Below, one piece after another: positions 1 to 10,142 of a DNA stretch of 64,000 bases (position 1 is its first letter; each line of letters begins with the position of its first letter). Where the stretch lies: IMG/VR virus record IMGVR_UViG_3300031555_004728, positions 192,001 through 256,000 of that record. One strand, 5' to 3'. The translations under genes and the position numbers were made by a program. Origin of the DNA: a virus. Its lineage: Duplodnaviria; Caudoviricetes. The notes below the pieces were generated by a model, which was not told the origin of the DNA, ran no database searches, and was given only the letters and a program-made list of their open reading frames with translations.

Positions 1-427
1 TTTGTTTTATAGAATCGGCATCTATATTTAACTTTCCAAAGAATACATATACAATATTTTCACCATTTTCATCTTTTTCAGGTATTTTAAATAAAACTGT
101 ATTGTCTTTAAAATATGCTTGAATGAATAATAATAATATAGAAAAATTCATAGGTTTTCTATTTAAATTAAATATTTTTTTACACTCTTCATTATTCATT
201 TCATTTACAAATAAACCTATAATAATAAAATCTAAATATGATATATCAAATACAGGTCTAATATTTCTATCTCCATGTACAGAATCAATTTTGTATTCAT
301 CCATATAACTATGTGTAAAGTTTTCTTCTTGCATTATAAATTTTCTTTGATGTTCAACTAAAGGAACTATTCTTTTACGCAAAACATATTCAATTAAAGG
401 TACATATCTATCATCATTATAATTCAT
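1..427 (-). CDS. hypothetical protein, runs off the window start
   Basis: Manual translation from ATG at 427 (MNYNDDRYVPLIEYVLRKR...) stays open to position 1; GAGG RBS upstream. Not in the ORF track. Confidence 0.7.
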   Translation of the reverse strand, partial: MNYNDDRYVPLIEYVLRKRIVPLVEHQRKFIMQEENFTHSYMDEYKIDSVHGDRNIRPVFDISYLDFIIIGLFVNEMNNEECKKIFNLNRKPMNFSILLLFIQAYFKDNTVLFKIPEKDENGENIVYVFFGKLNIDADSIKQ

Positions 428-505
428 AATTATAATTCCTCATTTCTAATATTTGAATTAACTAATAGTTAAAATATTAATTAAGTAATAAAAGGAGATT
501 GAAAA

Positions 506-817
506 ATGGCTTTTAATATTTATAAAAAAAGAAATGATAAAATGGAAATGGTTGCTGAAAATATAGATATTGAAGATTTGGAGTTTAAAGAACCAGAAGA
601 ATTAAATACAGAAATGATTCTTACACTAGAAGAGTTTACATTATCTATGTATGCAAGACAAATGGCTATAGTTGATTTATTAATAAAGAAAGGTATTTTA
701 ACGTCTGATGAAATAATAGAAAATACCGAAAACATAAAAAATAATGAGCCATTCAAATCTATGTTTGATGATTTTTTGGCTAAAAAAGAAGCTTTATTAG
801 AAAACTTGGAGGAATAA
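506..817 (+). CDS. hypothetical protein
   Basis: ORF with AAGGAG RBS. Confidence 0.7.
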   Translation: MAFNIYKKRNDKMEMVAENIDIEDLEFKEPEELNTEMILTLEEFTLSMYARQMAIVDLLIKKGILTSDEIIENTENIKNNEPFKSMFDDFLAKKEALLENLEE

Positions 818-820
818 TTT

Positions 821-1273
821 ATGTCATATGATTCAACACAAGATGTATTAGTACATAAGAAAAATGTATGTAGAGTAGTTGATACTCTTATTGATGATTT
901 AGAAGTTAGAAAAGTACAGCATGATGCTAGTAAATTTGAATATCCTGAAAAGCAAGGATATGATGAATATATTCCTAAATTAAAAGAGACACCTTATGGT
1001 TCTCCTGAATATAAAAAAGTTAGGGAAGAGATGATGAATGGATGTTTAAAACATCATTTTGAATGTAATAGACATCATCCAGAACATTTTGAAAATGGAA
1101 TCGAAGACTATACGTTAGTTGATTTAATGGAATATTTTTCTGATACATATGCAGCATCAATGACATCTGATACTGGATATGAAGAAGGACTAAAATTCAA
1201 TGCTAAAAAGCATAATTTACCAGATGTTTTAGTAAAAATTTTCTTAAATACTGTAAGGGAGTATTTTGAATAG
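821..1273 (+). CDS. DUF5662-like HD-type protein
   Basis: HDASKF...HHFECNRHHPEHF...DLMEY motifs; GGAGG RBS. Confidence 0.7.
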   Translation: MSYDSTQDVLVHKKNVCRVVDTLIDDLEVRKVQHDASKFEYPEKQGYDEYIPKLKETPYGSPEYKKVREEMMNGCLKHHFECNRHHPEHFENGIEDYTLVDLMEYFSDTYAASMTSDTGYEEGLKFNAKKHNLPDVLVKIFLNTVREYFE

Positions 1274-1308
1274 AAAGATACGAGTACTTTTTTTGTACTC
1301 GTATCTTT
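1274..1308 (+). terminator. intrinsic terminator hairpin
   Basis: AAAGATACGAGTAC / GTACTCGTATCTTT inverted repeat followed by T-rich tail. Confidence 0.75.
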
Positions 1309-1346
1309 ATTTTTATTTAAATATTATTTAGCAGGAGAGGGGGCGG

Positions 1347-1428
1347 GAACCAATTTTGTTAAGTTAACTTTCTCTAGTTATCGATAATTTACGAAGAATA
1401 CAGAAATCTTACTTAACAAAACTGCAAC
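1347..1428 (+). repeat. 82-bp palindromic cassette-leader repeat, copy 1
   Basis: GAACCAATTTTGTTAAGT...ACTTAACAAAACTGCAAC; five further copies in the window. Confidence 0.95.
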
Positions 1429-1824
1429 CAAATAACATGCCAGATATATCATTATTCTGTTGATGGTAATAATCCTTTAGGTATACCTTGGGGTTGTTTT
1501 ATATATAAATATTCCAATGGATTAATGATGATATCTGCTTGGCAAACAGTTAGTGATATTCCTGTATCATCATCATGGGGATCTTTATATTCATCTGCCA
1601 GAATTGGTGGGATTGCATACGGATATCAATCTAATACATGGGTACCAGTAACATTTAAAAATGTATTTTTTGAAATTGCATGGTCAAACCACCCGAACCT
1701 ATTAACATTGGGAGGTGGAGGATTTTATCATGAACAAACACAAGATATATATCTTGTATCTGCTGTAAATATTCCAGATGTTGATGCTACTATATATTAT
1801 CATACAGTAGGTATATGGAAATAA
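1417..1824 (+). CDS. tail-fibre tip cassette 1, no 5' start codon (gp53-like C-terminal domain)
   Basis: Frame open from QNCNQ in the repeat; YKYSNGLMMISAW...YHTVGIWK resembles gp53-like fibre C-termini. Confidence 0.65.
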   Translation, partial: QNCNQITCQIYHYSVDGNNPLGIPWGCFIYKYSNGLMMISAWQTVSDIPVSSSWGSLYSSARIGGIAYGYQSNTWVPVTFKNVFFEIAWSNHPNLLTLGGGGFYHEQTQDIYLVSAVNIPDVDATIYYHTVGIWK

Positions 1825-1911
1825 AAATATTGAAAATATCACTAATAAATTAATTAAGATTTATAGACTAAAATAAATATGAGATACAGAAAAATCTGTA
1901 TCTCATATTTC

Positions 1912-2595
1912 TTAAGCTGTATGAATATCTACCATATTTAATAAGATATTTCTCTCTTCTGTTGTAATATCTCCTTGATAACATGACTCATAAACTAAAA
2001 GTTTAATCTCATCAAGTTTATCATCTGTAGATTCTTTGGTCATTCTAGTTCTTCTACTCATTGAAATATCAGCATCATCGATTTTATCAATCATTTTATC
2101 GATTTTAACTTTTGCTGATTTTGGAAGGTTCTTTGTATTAACATTTGATAATGATTTTTTGATTTGGATAAGTTTATCATGAACATCACTATCAGCGTTT
2201 GTTCTAAAATATACAAGAACTGGTGTTAATAAAGTATCTAATGTCATTATTACACCAAATGTTAATGCTCCTGGTATAGATACACCCGTTAATCCAATAA
2301 ATCCAATAAATTCAATAGTAATTCTAATTAAGAATCCTACATCAGTTTTACGCAACTTATCAGGTTCTTTTTCAAGAATATCAGATGCTTTAATAATGTC
2401 ATCATAATTCTTATCTACAAATTCAATAACTTCTTTATCATCTGAGTATTGAGATGGTTTATTATCACGGATATTCTTAATAATTTTCTTAAATTTACCA
2501 AGAGGATTTATAATACTTTCAGTAAAAAACTCTTCTTCTATCTTATTAAAGCTGTATTCCATGACCTCTTCAAATAATACATTATATGCACTCAT
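1912..2595 (-). CDS. putative virion/internal head protein (paralog of 3258..3947)
   Basis: C-terminal KLLVYESCYQGDITTEERNILL motif shared with 3258..3947 and 42639..43025. Confidence 0.55.
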   Translation of the reverse strand: MSAYNVLFEEVMEYSFNKIEEEFFTESIINPLGKFKKIIKNIRDNKPSQYSDDKEVIEFVDKNYDDIIKASDILEKEPDKLRKTDVGFLIRITIEFIGFIGLTGVSIPGALTFGVIMTLDTLLTPVLVYFRTNADSDVHDKLIQIKKSLSNVNTKNLPKSAKVKIDKMIDKIDDADISMSRRTRMTKESTDDKLDEIKLLVYESCYQGDITTEERNILLNMVDIHTA

Positions 2596-2755
2596 GTAAA
2601 ATACCTCATTTCTATTATAATTAAAATATTGTAGTTTATTTTTACATGAATTAAATATTTTAAATAAATATAAATAGTATTTATTTATACTTATTATATT
2701 ATAAAATAAAATATATTAAATACCTATTCTAGATAAATAATTCCTTATTTTCATT

Positions 2756-3097
2756 TTAAAATCCTATTACTAAATAACTGATTTTATATGTACTATCTTC
2801 TGAAAGTGATCCATTAAAATTCCATCCTTTAATATTAACCTTAGTTCTCTCTATAGTACCAACACCCACATTTATAATTGTATCAATATACTCATTTCCT
2901 GCATTTTTTGTAACACTAACAAATGGCTCTTGTGTATAACTAACAGGATATGTCAACTGTCCTTGAAGTATCCACTCTGATATTGGGACAATATCAATAT
3001 ATCCAAAACATATTTTAAGACCATTTTCAAATATTAAATATCCTGATGTTCCATCTTCAAGTTGTTTTCTATATTCTATAAGTCGATTGCAGTTTTG
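2756..3097 (-). CDS. tail-fibre tip cassette 2, no 5' start codon (gp53-like domain)
   Basis: QNCNRLIEYRKQLEDGTSGYLIFENGLKICFG...TYPVSYTQEP...SYLVIGF*; matches the GY..F.NGL..xG / YP..Y...P / Y..IG pattern. Confidence 0.75.
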   Translation of the reverse strand, partial: QNCNRLIEYRKQLEDGTSGYLIFENGLKICFGYIDIVPISEWILQGQLTYPVSYTQEPFVSVTKNAGNEYIDTIINVGVGTIERTKVNIKGWNFNGSLSEDSTYKISYLVIGF

Positions 3098-3167
3098 TTA
3101 AGTAAGTTTTCTGTAATCTAAGGAAAATCTCGATAACTAGAGAAAGTTAACTTAACAAAATTGGTTC
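3086..3167 (-). repeat. 82-bp palindromic cassette-leader repeat, copy 2
   Basis: Reverse-strand copy, same length as copy 1. Confidence 0.95.
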
Positions 3168-3207
3168 CACTTCCTTATTATTTTCTTTTAATTATTTATA
3201 TAAATAA

Positions 3208-3219
3208 AACATAATTATA
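3208..3219 (+). promoter_or_regulatory. AACA-N6-TA late-type phage promoter
   Basis: AACAtaattaTA upstream of 3258; motif recurs before many genes. Confidence 0.55.
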
Positions 3220-3257
3220 ATACATATGTTAAAACTTAATACAAAAATAAATATGAG

Positions 3258-3947
3258 GTGATTACAATGGCAAATTATGAATTACTTCAAGAATCAGTAA
3301 GCGATTATATTTTTGATCAAACTGTTGGATTACTCGTTCAAGAAGGTGAAGATTTAAAAATTTCTAAAATTTTTACTGAAGCTAAAAAAGAATGGAAAAA
3401 ATCTACTAAAGAAATTAGAAAAGCTTGGTCAAATAAAGAGTATGACAAGGCTGCTGAAGAGTGTGATAAACTTATTAAATATCTTAATGATATGGAAGCA
3501 GAAGTTAATGATATTAAAGATGATGCATGGACTATTGTTGGTGGTGTATTATCACAAGGATTACTTACAGTTTTCAAAGCTTTCTTAATTTCAATTCCTA
3601 CATTTGGAATTGGTACTTTTATACCAGTTGTAAAAGATGTTCTTGATGTTGTAATCGGTGTTACAAAACAATGGAAAGAAGAAGGTGAATTTACACCAGA
3701 AATGATCAATACTAGAAGAGATAAGATCAAAGGTCTTTTTTCTGAAATGACACAAATGGTTAAAAACTATAAAAAGAATATCGAAGCAGAAGCTAAAAAA
3801 GTAAAAGAAGAAGAAAAGAAAGAAGAAAAACCTGTTAAAGAATCTGCAACAGTAGAAGAAGTTAAACTTCATATCTTTGAATCTTGTCATGCAGGAGAAA
3901 TTTCTCAAGAAGAAAGAAACGCATTACTTGCAATTCTTGAAAAATAA
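3258..3947 (+). CDS. putative virion/internal head protein
   Basis: C-terminal KLHIFESCHAGEISQEERNALL motif; late-type promoter upstream. Confidence 0.55.
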   Translation: MITMANYELLQESVSDYIFDQTVGLLVQEGEDLKISKIFTEAKKEWKKSTKEIRKAWSNKEYDKAAEECDKLIKYLNDMEAEVNDIKDDAWTIVGGVLSQGLLTVFKAFLISIPTFGIGTFIPVVKDVLDVVIGVTKQWKEEGEFTPEMINTRRDKIKGLFSEMTQMVKNYKKNIEAEAKKVKEEEKKEEKPVKESATVEEVKLHIFESCHAGEISQEERNALLAILEK

Positions 3948-4012
3948 CATTTTTATATTTTTGTACAAAAATATAAATTCCCTAGACTATATCAAATAGT
4001 CTAGGGATTATT

Positions 4013-5287
4013 TTATTTTGTTTTATGAAGTCTTCTAAGTTCAATATATGCTAATATAGAGAAATCTCCATTACCTGTTGTATTTACAAATTTAAATACA
4101 GTTTTACTTAAAAAATAAGTTCCTTTATATTTATTAGTAAGTTTTTGGTCTTCAAAAACTAATGAAAATTTCTTATTTGGTGTTAAAGCGGATACATCAA
4201 CGTCACTAATCATACCTGATATAATTAATGAGTTTGATGATGTTTGAGCTGTAAATGTGGTATTAAGCCATTCATTTTCACCTTCATTTTCAATAATTGC
4301 TACATTAGCATCTCCATTAGTAATTGTATTACTAGTAGATTTACTTGTATTTCCAGTAGATGTGTTTATAACTAAAGCATCACTACCAGTTAAAACATCT
4401 CTAGTAACTGATTTATTACTAATTTTTATTTCATCATAATTCCAATTTATATAATGTCTATTATCATTACTTTCAATACTTCCTATACCTGAATTTTCTA
4501 CACTTGTTAATTTTGGTATATAAATACAAGTTTCAGTTTTCTCACCATTTTCAAATGCTGTACATCCACCTTTAAAATTCAAAATATAAGTTCTATCAAT
4601 ACCAAAAAATATAACAGAACCGTATTTATAAAAACCATACATTGCATCTAAATGTAATAGTTGTTTATTTATGGTTAGTGGTGGTAATAAAATTTCTTCA
4701 TAAGTTCTATTATTTTCTAATGGACTTACTAAAGCATTTTTAATCTTACTAATACCAAATAAATATCCTATTACACTAGATAATGTAACATTTTTAAGAA
4801 TATTATTTATTTGGGTTTTTACTCCTGTAGATGTTTCTTCCCTGTACAAGAATAACTCTAATGGATAATCATACATTTCAAGTTCATCATCTGAATTAGA
4901 TTTATTTATTTTTTCTTGTAAGTCTAAATCATCATCTCTTGATATGTCCATTGTATCATCTATTATTACAAAAGTATCATTTATAAAATCTTTATACATA
5001 GATTTTTTATTACTTCCATATAATTGATAGTATTTTTGTAATCTAAGTTTAATTTTCACTTCAGTTTTATTATTAAGTATTTTATAGTATGTACTGCTAT
5101 CTAAAACTAAATTTAATTTAAAAATAGGGAATGTGTTATTAAAATAATCATTCACTAATTCAATACCAGTAACACACATTTTATCTAATTGAATTGCTTC
5201 ATCATTGACTAAAATTATACATGAATATATAGAATATCTCCATGATTGTAATTTGGAAGAATCAAATAACGCCATGATTAAAGTCAC
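4013..5287 (-). CDS. putative baseplate hub/tail-associated structural protein
   Basis: 424 aa; C-terminal LTPNKKF...YKGTYFLSKTVFKF resembles hub/late-control-D C-termini (weak). Confidence 0.4.
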   Translation of the reverse strand: MTLIMALFDSSKLQSWRYSIYSCIILVNDEAIQLDKMCVTGIELVNDYFNNTFPIFKLNLVLDSSTYYKILNNKTEVKIKLRLQKYYQLYGSNKKSMYKDFINDTFVIIDDTMDISRDDDLDLQEKINKSNSDDELEMYDYPLELFLYREETSTGVKTQINNILKNVTLSSVIGYLFGISKIKNALVSPLENNRTYEEILLPPLTINKQLLHLDAMYGFYKYGSVIFFGIDRTYILNFKGGCTAFENGEKTETCIYIPKLTSVENSGIGSIESNDNRHYINWNYDEIKISNKSVTRDVLTGSDALVINTSTGNTSKSTSNTITNGDANVAIIENEGENEWLNTTFTAQTSSNSLIISGMISDVDVSALTPNKKFSLVFEDQKLTNKYKGTYFLSKTVFKFVNTTGNGDFSILAYIELRRLHKTK

Positions 5288-5336
5288 CTTCCTTTCAAAA
5301 AAATATCACTTAAGGTAATGTGCCTTAAGTGATATC

Positions 5337-6425
5337 TTAAATTGTAAGTTCTTCAAGCATAAATCTATGCTCATAAAATCTTGTTGAATTGAGTTGTAAT
5401 AAACCATTATGATCAAACCTATCTACTAACTGTGATTCAACAGAGTGAATTTGTTCTTTTGTAAGTTTACTATACATAGTTTCCATATCCAAACAATTAA
5501 AATTACATATTACATCTTCTTGTAGTTCTTCAGGAAAAATACTTGAAATAGTTTGGATATTAGTTGTATTTATAGTTATCTTATTTTCTCTTAATCCTTG
5601 ATTAAGAAGTTTTAATAAAGTTATATTTCCTATACCTGGTATTTTTTCAACTGCTCTATATTGCTCTCCAAGTACAGAAAATAATAACATATAAAATGAT
5701 TTATTACAATATAAATTTAGTTCTTCATTATAATCTCCATTTGGTTTATTCAATAATGATGATAAATGTCCTTTTAAATCTCCACTTGTTGTTGATTTTA
5801 TAGGACTACGTCTAAGATAGTGACAAATATAATTTGGTATTAACGAATACTGAGTATCTACGTATTCTCCAGTCACTAATAAATTTTTTCTACTTTTATC
5901 CAAATTACCAATTATAAGAGGAACTAAAGAACTATCAAAACCTTTAGTAGTTATAAAATAAACACCCTTAATATAATTACAAATTGCTTGTGTTTGAGGT
6001 ATTATGGTATTTTTAAATTTTTCTGACATCTCCATATATTTTGGATTCTTTGAATATTTAACTGTATAATATGACCTAAAATCAGGATTAATTTCCGTTT
6101 CGTTAAATTTATCTTCTGAATAATCTGTCATATATAGATACACTCTTGTATCTAGGTTGTTTCCTCTAAAAAACTTTCGATAATGTGCAGCTAGATTTAT
6201 AATATTAGATATAATATTTTCATTAAAATCTGTGCACGAATAAACTTTTCTGTCTACATCTTTTATATTAGATAATAATCTAAGTATAGATTCTAGATTA
6301 ATAAATACATTTACTTTATCAGTCGGTTGTAAAAAATTTAACTCGTCCAAACTTTGATCGTATGTTGCATATTTAATCTTCATCACATTAAAACAAACAG
6401 AAAAGGAATCAAATTCATTCATCAT
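5337..6425 (-). CDS. 5'-3' exonuclease / T4 RNase H-like (FEN family)
   Basis: Helix-hairpin motif EKIPGIGNITLLKLL; size fits; acidic motifs look degenerate. Confidence 0.6.
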   Translation of the reverse strand: MMNEFDSFSVCFNVMKIKYATYDQSLDELNFLQPTDKVNVFINLESILRLLSNIKDVDRKVYSCTDFNENIISNIINLAAHYRKFFRGNNLDTRVYLYMTDYSEDKFNETEINPDFRSYYTVKYSKNPKYMEMSEKFKNTIIPQTQAICNYIKGVYFITTKGFDSSLVPLIIGNLDKSRKNLLVTGEYVDTQYSLIPNYICHYLRRSPIKSTTSGDLKGHLSSLLNKPNGDYNEELNLYCNKSFYMLLFSVLGEQYRAVEKIPGIGNITLLKLLNQGLRENKITINTTNIQTISSIFPEELQEDVICNFNCLDMETMYSKLTKEQIHSVESQLVDRFDHNGLLQLNSTRFYEHRFMLEELTI

Positions 6426-6529
6426 AATGATTACCGTTCCTTTTATAATATTATCAAAAAGTTTTAACGTTAGAAAAATAGTATGACAAGATCAATTTCA
6501 TGACCTTGTCATACCAATTATTTCATAAC

Positions 6530-7237
6530 TTATTTATTCACATGAGTTTGTTTTACAATTCTAAGAATGTCTGAAACATTGTCTTTCTTTTGTTTCTTCG
6601 GTTCTTTTGTAACGAAGTACTTGTAATTTTCATGTGAAATTCTTTCGACCTTTTCAATAACTGTAAAGTATCTTGGAACACCCTGTTTTGTAACATCGTC
6701 ATTACCAGTTTTAATCATATCACTGATGACTTTAATAGGGTCAATTAAGAAAACAACTGACTTACGAGAAGAGTCATTTGATTTCATAATCTTTGGTGAG
6801 CATAGACCTGCTATCTCACTAGCCATTCTTGATGTAAGTGACAGGTTCTTTTTAAGAAGTCCTGAATTTAAGAATGCTTTCTTATCATCTTTTGTATAGA
6901 TGAATGATAATAATGCATCCCAGATTGGCTTTTCAATTTTTGACACGTTATCATTACTTTCGTCTTTGAAAATGTCATAGATTCCTTGACCATTAGCACC
7001 TCTGCTCTTAATTGCTTCCTCTGGAAGAACGATCATCATAGGAACAAATTTCTTAGTCCAGTCAATTGACACAAGGCTAATTTGTACATCTGGTATATCA
7101 ATACCATTTTTACGTGCTGTACTTGTAAAAGTATTCAGTCTTTTTTGTAGAAAGTCTGCTACTTGAGATGTAGCAATTTCAAATTTTTCGACAGTTTCGA
7201 CAGGTTGAAGTCCTGCCCTGTTACCGTTATTGGACAT
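6530..7237 (-). CDS. hypothetical protein
   Basis: ORF with AGGAGG RBS and TATATTAT motif upstream. Confidence 0.75.
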   Translation of the reverse strand: MSNNGNRAGLQPVETVEKFEIATSQVADFLQKRLNTFTSTARKNGIDIPDVQISLVSIDWTKKFVPMMIVLPEEAIKSRGANGQGIYDIFKDESNDNVSKIEKPIWDALLSFIYTKDDKKAFLNSGLLKKNLSLTSRMASEIAGLCSPKIMKSNDSSRKSVVFLIDPIKVISDMIKTGNDDVTKQGVPRYFTVIEKVERISHENYKYFVTKEPKKQKKDNVSDILRIVKQTHVNK

Positions 7238-7369
7238 ATCTAAGTCCTCCTTTTATAAAATATTTTTTTATTGATAAATAGATTAAATCTATTATATCTA
7301 AATTAATAATATACTCTCAAAAGTATAAAATCAATTTTCTTAATTTGATGTTTCGTATCGTATTTATTT

Positions 7370-7834
7370 TTATACTGATGAAGCAAATCCTATTACACCT
7401 GTTAAAATAAACCAATTTAAAATTATTAGCAATATATGTGCAATCTGATCACCTAGTAGTGAAATCTTATATTGGTTTGCTTTCATATCATCAATTGCAT
7501 AATGAGAATATGTTGCTGCGAAAAGTAATAAAGCAGTAATCATTATTACATACCAATCATTCATACACACAGGATTTATTAAAAATCCGTAAACTATTAT
7601 AGGTATAAAAACCATAATAGAATTTTCTAATGAATGAAGAAACAATGCTACTTTATAATCACTTTGATAAAGTTCGTCTGGATAATTTTCTACCCACCAT
7701 GATTCTTGTTTCATATAACAGAATTTACCTTGTAATACGAAGTCATCGATGATATGCATCAATATCATCAAAAATAGTATATAAATACTGTCTGCTCTAA
7801 TCATATCATCTACCTCCTCACATAATAGAAACAA
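7370..7834 (-). CDS. DUF3307-like membrane protein
   Basis: HIIDDFVLQ...H...HYAIDDMK...DQIAH motifs with hydrophobic segments; true start probably ~7803-7806. Confidence 0.7.
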   Translation of the reverse strand: MFLLCEEVDDMIRADSIYILFLMILMHIIDDFVLQGKFCYMKQESWWVENYPDELYQSDYKVALFLHSLENSIMVFIPIIVYGFLINPVCMNDWYVIMITALLLFAATYSHYAIDDMKANQYKISLLGDQIAHILLIILNWFILTGVIGFASSV

Positions 7835-8216
7835 ATATTGGATATGTTAACCAACTAAGTAAACCTATCCATGTTGTAATTTTAAATTGTTCCTTAGTAT
7901 CACTTGTGTATCTTATAGTTTCAATAAATAAAGCTACATTGGTGAAAATGTAAATTAGTGTAACTATAATTGTGTATACATCCAAAACATTTTCTATTGT
8001 TGTTAAACAGAAGTATATAACAACTAATCCAAATGTAAATAATAACCATTCGATACTTGCTAATAAACAATCTCCAAATTTTTCAACTTTGCTTACTTTA
8101 TAAATATTAAAGTCTAATTCTCTAACTTTAGAAGTTGCAAAACTTGTCAAAATAATACATAAAGATAAAATTATGTATCCTGGAATATGTGGTATTAATA
8201 ATCTTATAACGTCCAT
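7818..8216 (-). CDS. membrane protein (about 4 TM)
   Basis: Hydrophobic segments; abuts neighbouring genes. Confidence 0.6.
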   Translation of the reverse strand: MDVIRLLIPHIPGYIILSLCIILTSFATSKVRELDFNIYKVSKVEKFGDCLLASIEWLLFTFGLVVIYFCLTTIENVLDVYTIIVTLIYIFTNVALFIETIRYTSDTKEQFKITTWIGLLSWLTYPIFVSIM

Positions 8217-8602
8217 TATATAATCACTCCTATCTGTTTAAGACTTATAAATGTAATCGCCCATACTACAAATGATAATAAAAGTAATTTTTTATATCTT
8301 CGTTTAAAAGATATTTCTTGTATTATAAATACTCTATGAACTAAAAATACAATGCACCATAATATTAAATGCATAATTGTAAAATATGTTGATACAGAAG
8401 GTTTTATATATACAGCTTGTACAATTGATATCATAAAGCAACTTGATAATGTATATTTGATACTATATAAATTAAGTTTTAATCTAGTACCTTTATTAAT
8501 AGCAGTTTCAACATTAATTATTGATGCTAAATCCATCAGTATACTAATAAATATAAATCCACAAAGCCATAAAATACCTTCCATAAAATTTAATCTTACC
8601 AT
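8216..8602 (-). CDS. membrane protein (about 4 TM)
   Basis: Hydrophobic segments; AGGAGG RBS. Confidence 0.6.
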   Translation of the reverse strand: MVRLNFMEGILWLCGFIFISILMDLASIINVETAINKGTRLKLNLYSIKYTLSSCFMISIVQAVYIKPSVSTYFTIMHLILWCIVFLVHRVFIIQEISFKRRYKKLLLLSFVVWAITFISLKQIGVII

Positions 8603-8843
8603 TTTTGACCTCCTTTACCATTTGTAGGTGGGAATAATTGTGATATAATAACAACTAACATCACAATCAAAAACCATGTTGAAGCTGTATTATTCATCAC
8701 ATTTATCTCCTTCATTTTCATCAGTATTTTTAGAATTGATTAATTCTAATTCGTATCTAATATCACCTAATTTATCATTTATTATATATAATATGAATAC
8801 TATTATTCCTAAACAAATATAAATTATTTCTTCATGTTCCATA

Positions 8844-10052
8844 TTAATCATTCATCTCCATTTCTATAAGTTTCATGACATCTGTATGTAAATACATATC
8901 TATTTGCTCCCCTCCTAATTCCTTTCCATTTAAATCTTTGATATATGTATTTAAAACTTCCCCAACAGATAGATTCTTATTGAGTATATAGTCATACTTA
9001 AATAATATATCTTTTAAAGCCGATTCGTCAGTTTGCTTTTTCTTTGATATATATCCATTTACAAAGTCACAATGAACTCCATTTAAATTTCTGAAATTCT
9101 CTCTCATAGTACTTATAAAAAATTCTGGATTTGGGTAATCTTCTGGTATATTGAAAATAAGTCTTGTACTTTTATTATCACTATTTTCAATTAAGTTTCT
9201 TAATGTCTTTAAATGATTTTCAAGCATTTCTTCTGATGAAAAAATTTCATGGTCGTATCCAAATATATGAGTTTTAAATTTTGGAGCATCATAATTCTCG
9301 TGAAATTCCGATGAATAATGAGGTTCATCTTCTAAATCACAAATTATTTCATAATATCCCTTTGGTTCTTCTTCACCATGTATCCAACGAGTAAAACTTC
9401 CAACATAATGGACATAATCTTGAATTACTGTATGTACATGGTAATGACCGAAATAAACTTCACCTTTACAGCATTTCTTAAAATCTGCTGTAGTAAATAC
9501 AGCTGGTTTAAGTCTACTATCTTTATCTTTTTTATTTTCTCTTTTAATCATAGTCATTGCTTCAGCAATTACACCATGACCAAATATATAATCATATTTT
9601 TTCTTTTGACTGAAGAACTCTTTATAGTATTCATCTTTATCTTTAATATACTCTTCAGGAAGATACAAAACTTGCATTCCTGGAAGTAGTTCTTCTTCGC
9701 AAACGGTTTTAATAATTTTAAAATCTAAACCTTTCATATTTTCATAAATAGAAAATATATGGTACTGATCTACTTCATGTGATTCTGTACCATAAACAAT
9801 TCGTATACATTTTGTATATTGGGTTAATTTATTCATAAGCCATAATCCTGCATCACTAGCACGATTGTTTAAGAATATTTTCTTATCCCAATAATCACCA
9901 TCTATAATTATAAAGTCAAAATAATATCTAGTGTCCAAAAGATTAAATAGATTAGTTCTAAGCTCTTGTTTCATTTCATCAACATCTGTTGCTCCGAAAT
10001 GTATGTCCGCTAGAACTAATCCTCTATATTTTTTACTCATAACACTATCCAT
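8844..10052 (-). CDS. SbcD/Mre11-like metallophosphoesterase nuclease
   Basis: ADIHFG, GDYWD, GTESHE, FGHG and FGHYH motifs. Confidence 0.8.
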   Translation of the reverse strand: MDSVMSKKYRGLVLADIHFGATDVDEMKQELRTNLFNLLDTRYYFDFIIIDGDYWDKKIFLNNRASDAGLWLMNKLTQYTKCIRIVYGTESHEVDQYHIFSIYENMKGLDFKIIKTVCEEELLPGMQVLYLPEEYIKDKDEYYKEFFSQKKKYDYIFGHGVIAEAMTMIKRENKKDKDSRLKPAVFTTADFKKCCKGEVYFGHYHVHTVIQDYVHYVGSFTRWIHGEEEPKGYYEIICDLEDEPHYSSEFHENYDAPKFKTHIFGYDHEIFSSEEMLENHLKTLRNLIENSDNKSTRLIFNIPEDYPNPEFFISTMRENFRNLNGVHCDFVNGYISKKKQTDESALKDILFKYDYILNKNLSVGEVLNTYIKDLNGKELGGEQIDMYLHTDVMKLIEMEMND

Positions 10053-10142
10053 CCTTTGCTATTTATTCTTAATTTTTTGTAAATAGAAAAATATTATTTT
10101 ACTGAAGATGTCATGAATTTAATAAAGAAAGGATGGTAATAA

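Noticed and set aside
1347-1428. 82-bp repeat as a canonical integron attC or an intrinsic terminator
   Set aside because: Lacks the RYYYAAC...GTTRRRY ends, sits 5' of and in frame with the ORFs, and has no U-tail; the recombinase shows no obvious IntI-specific insertion.
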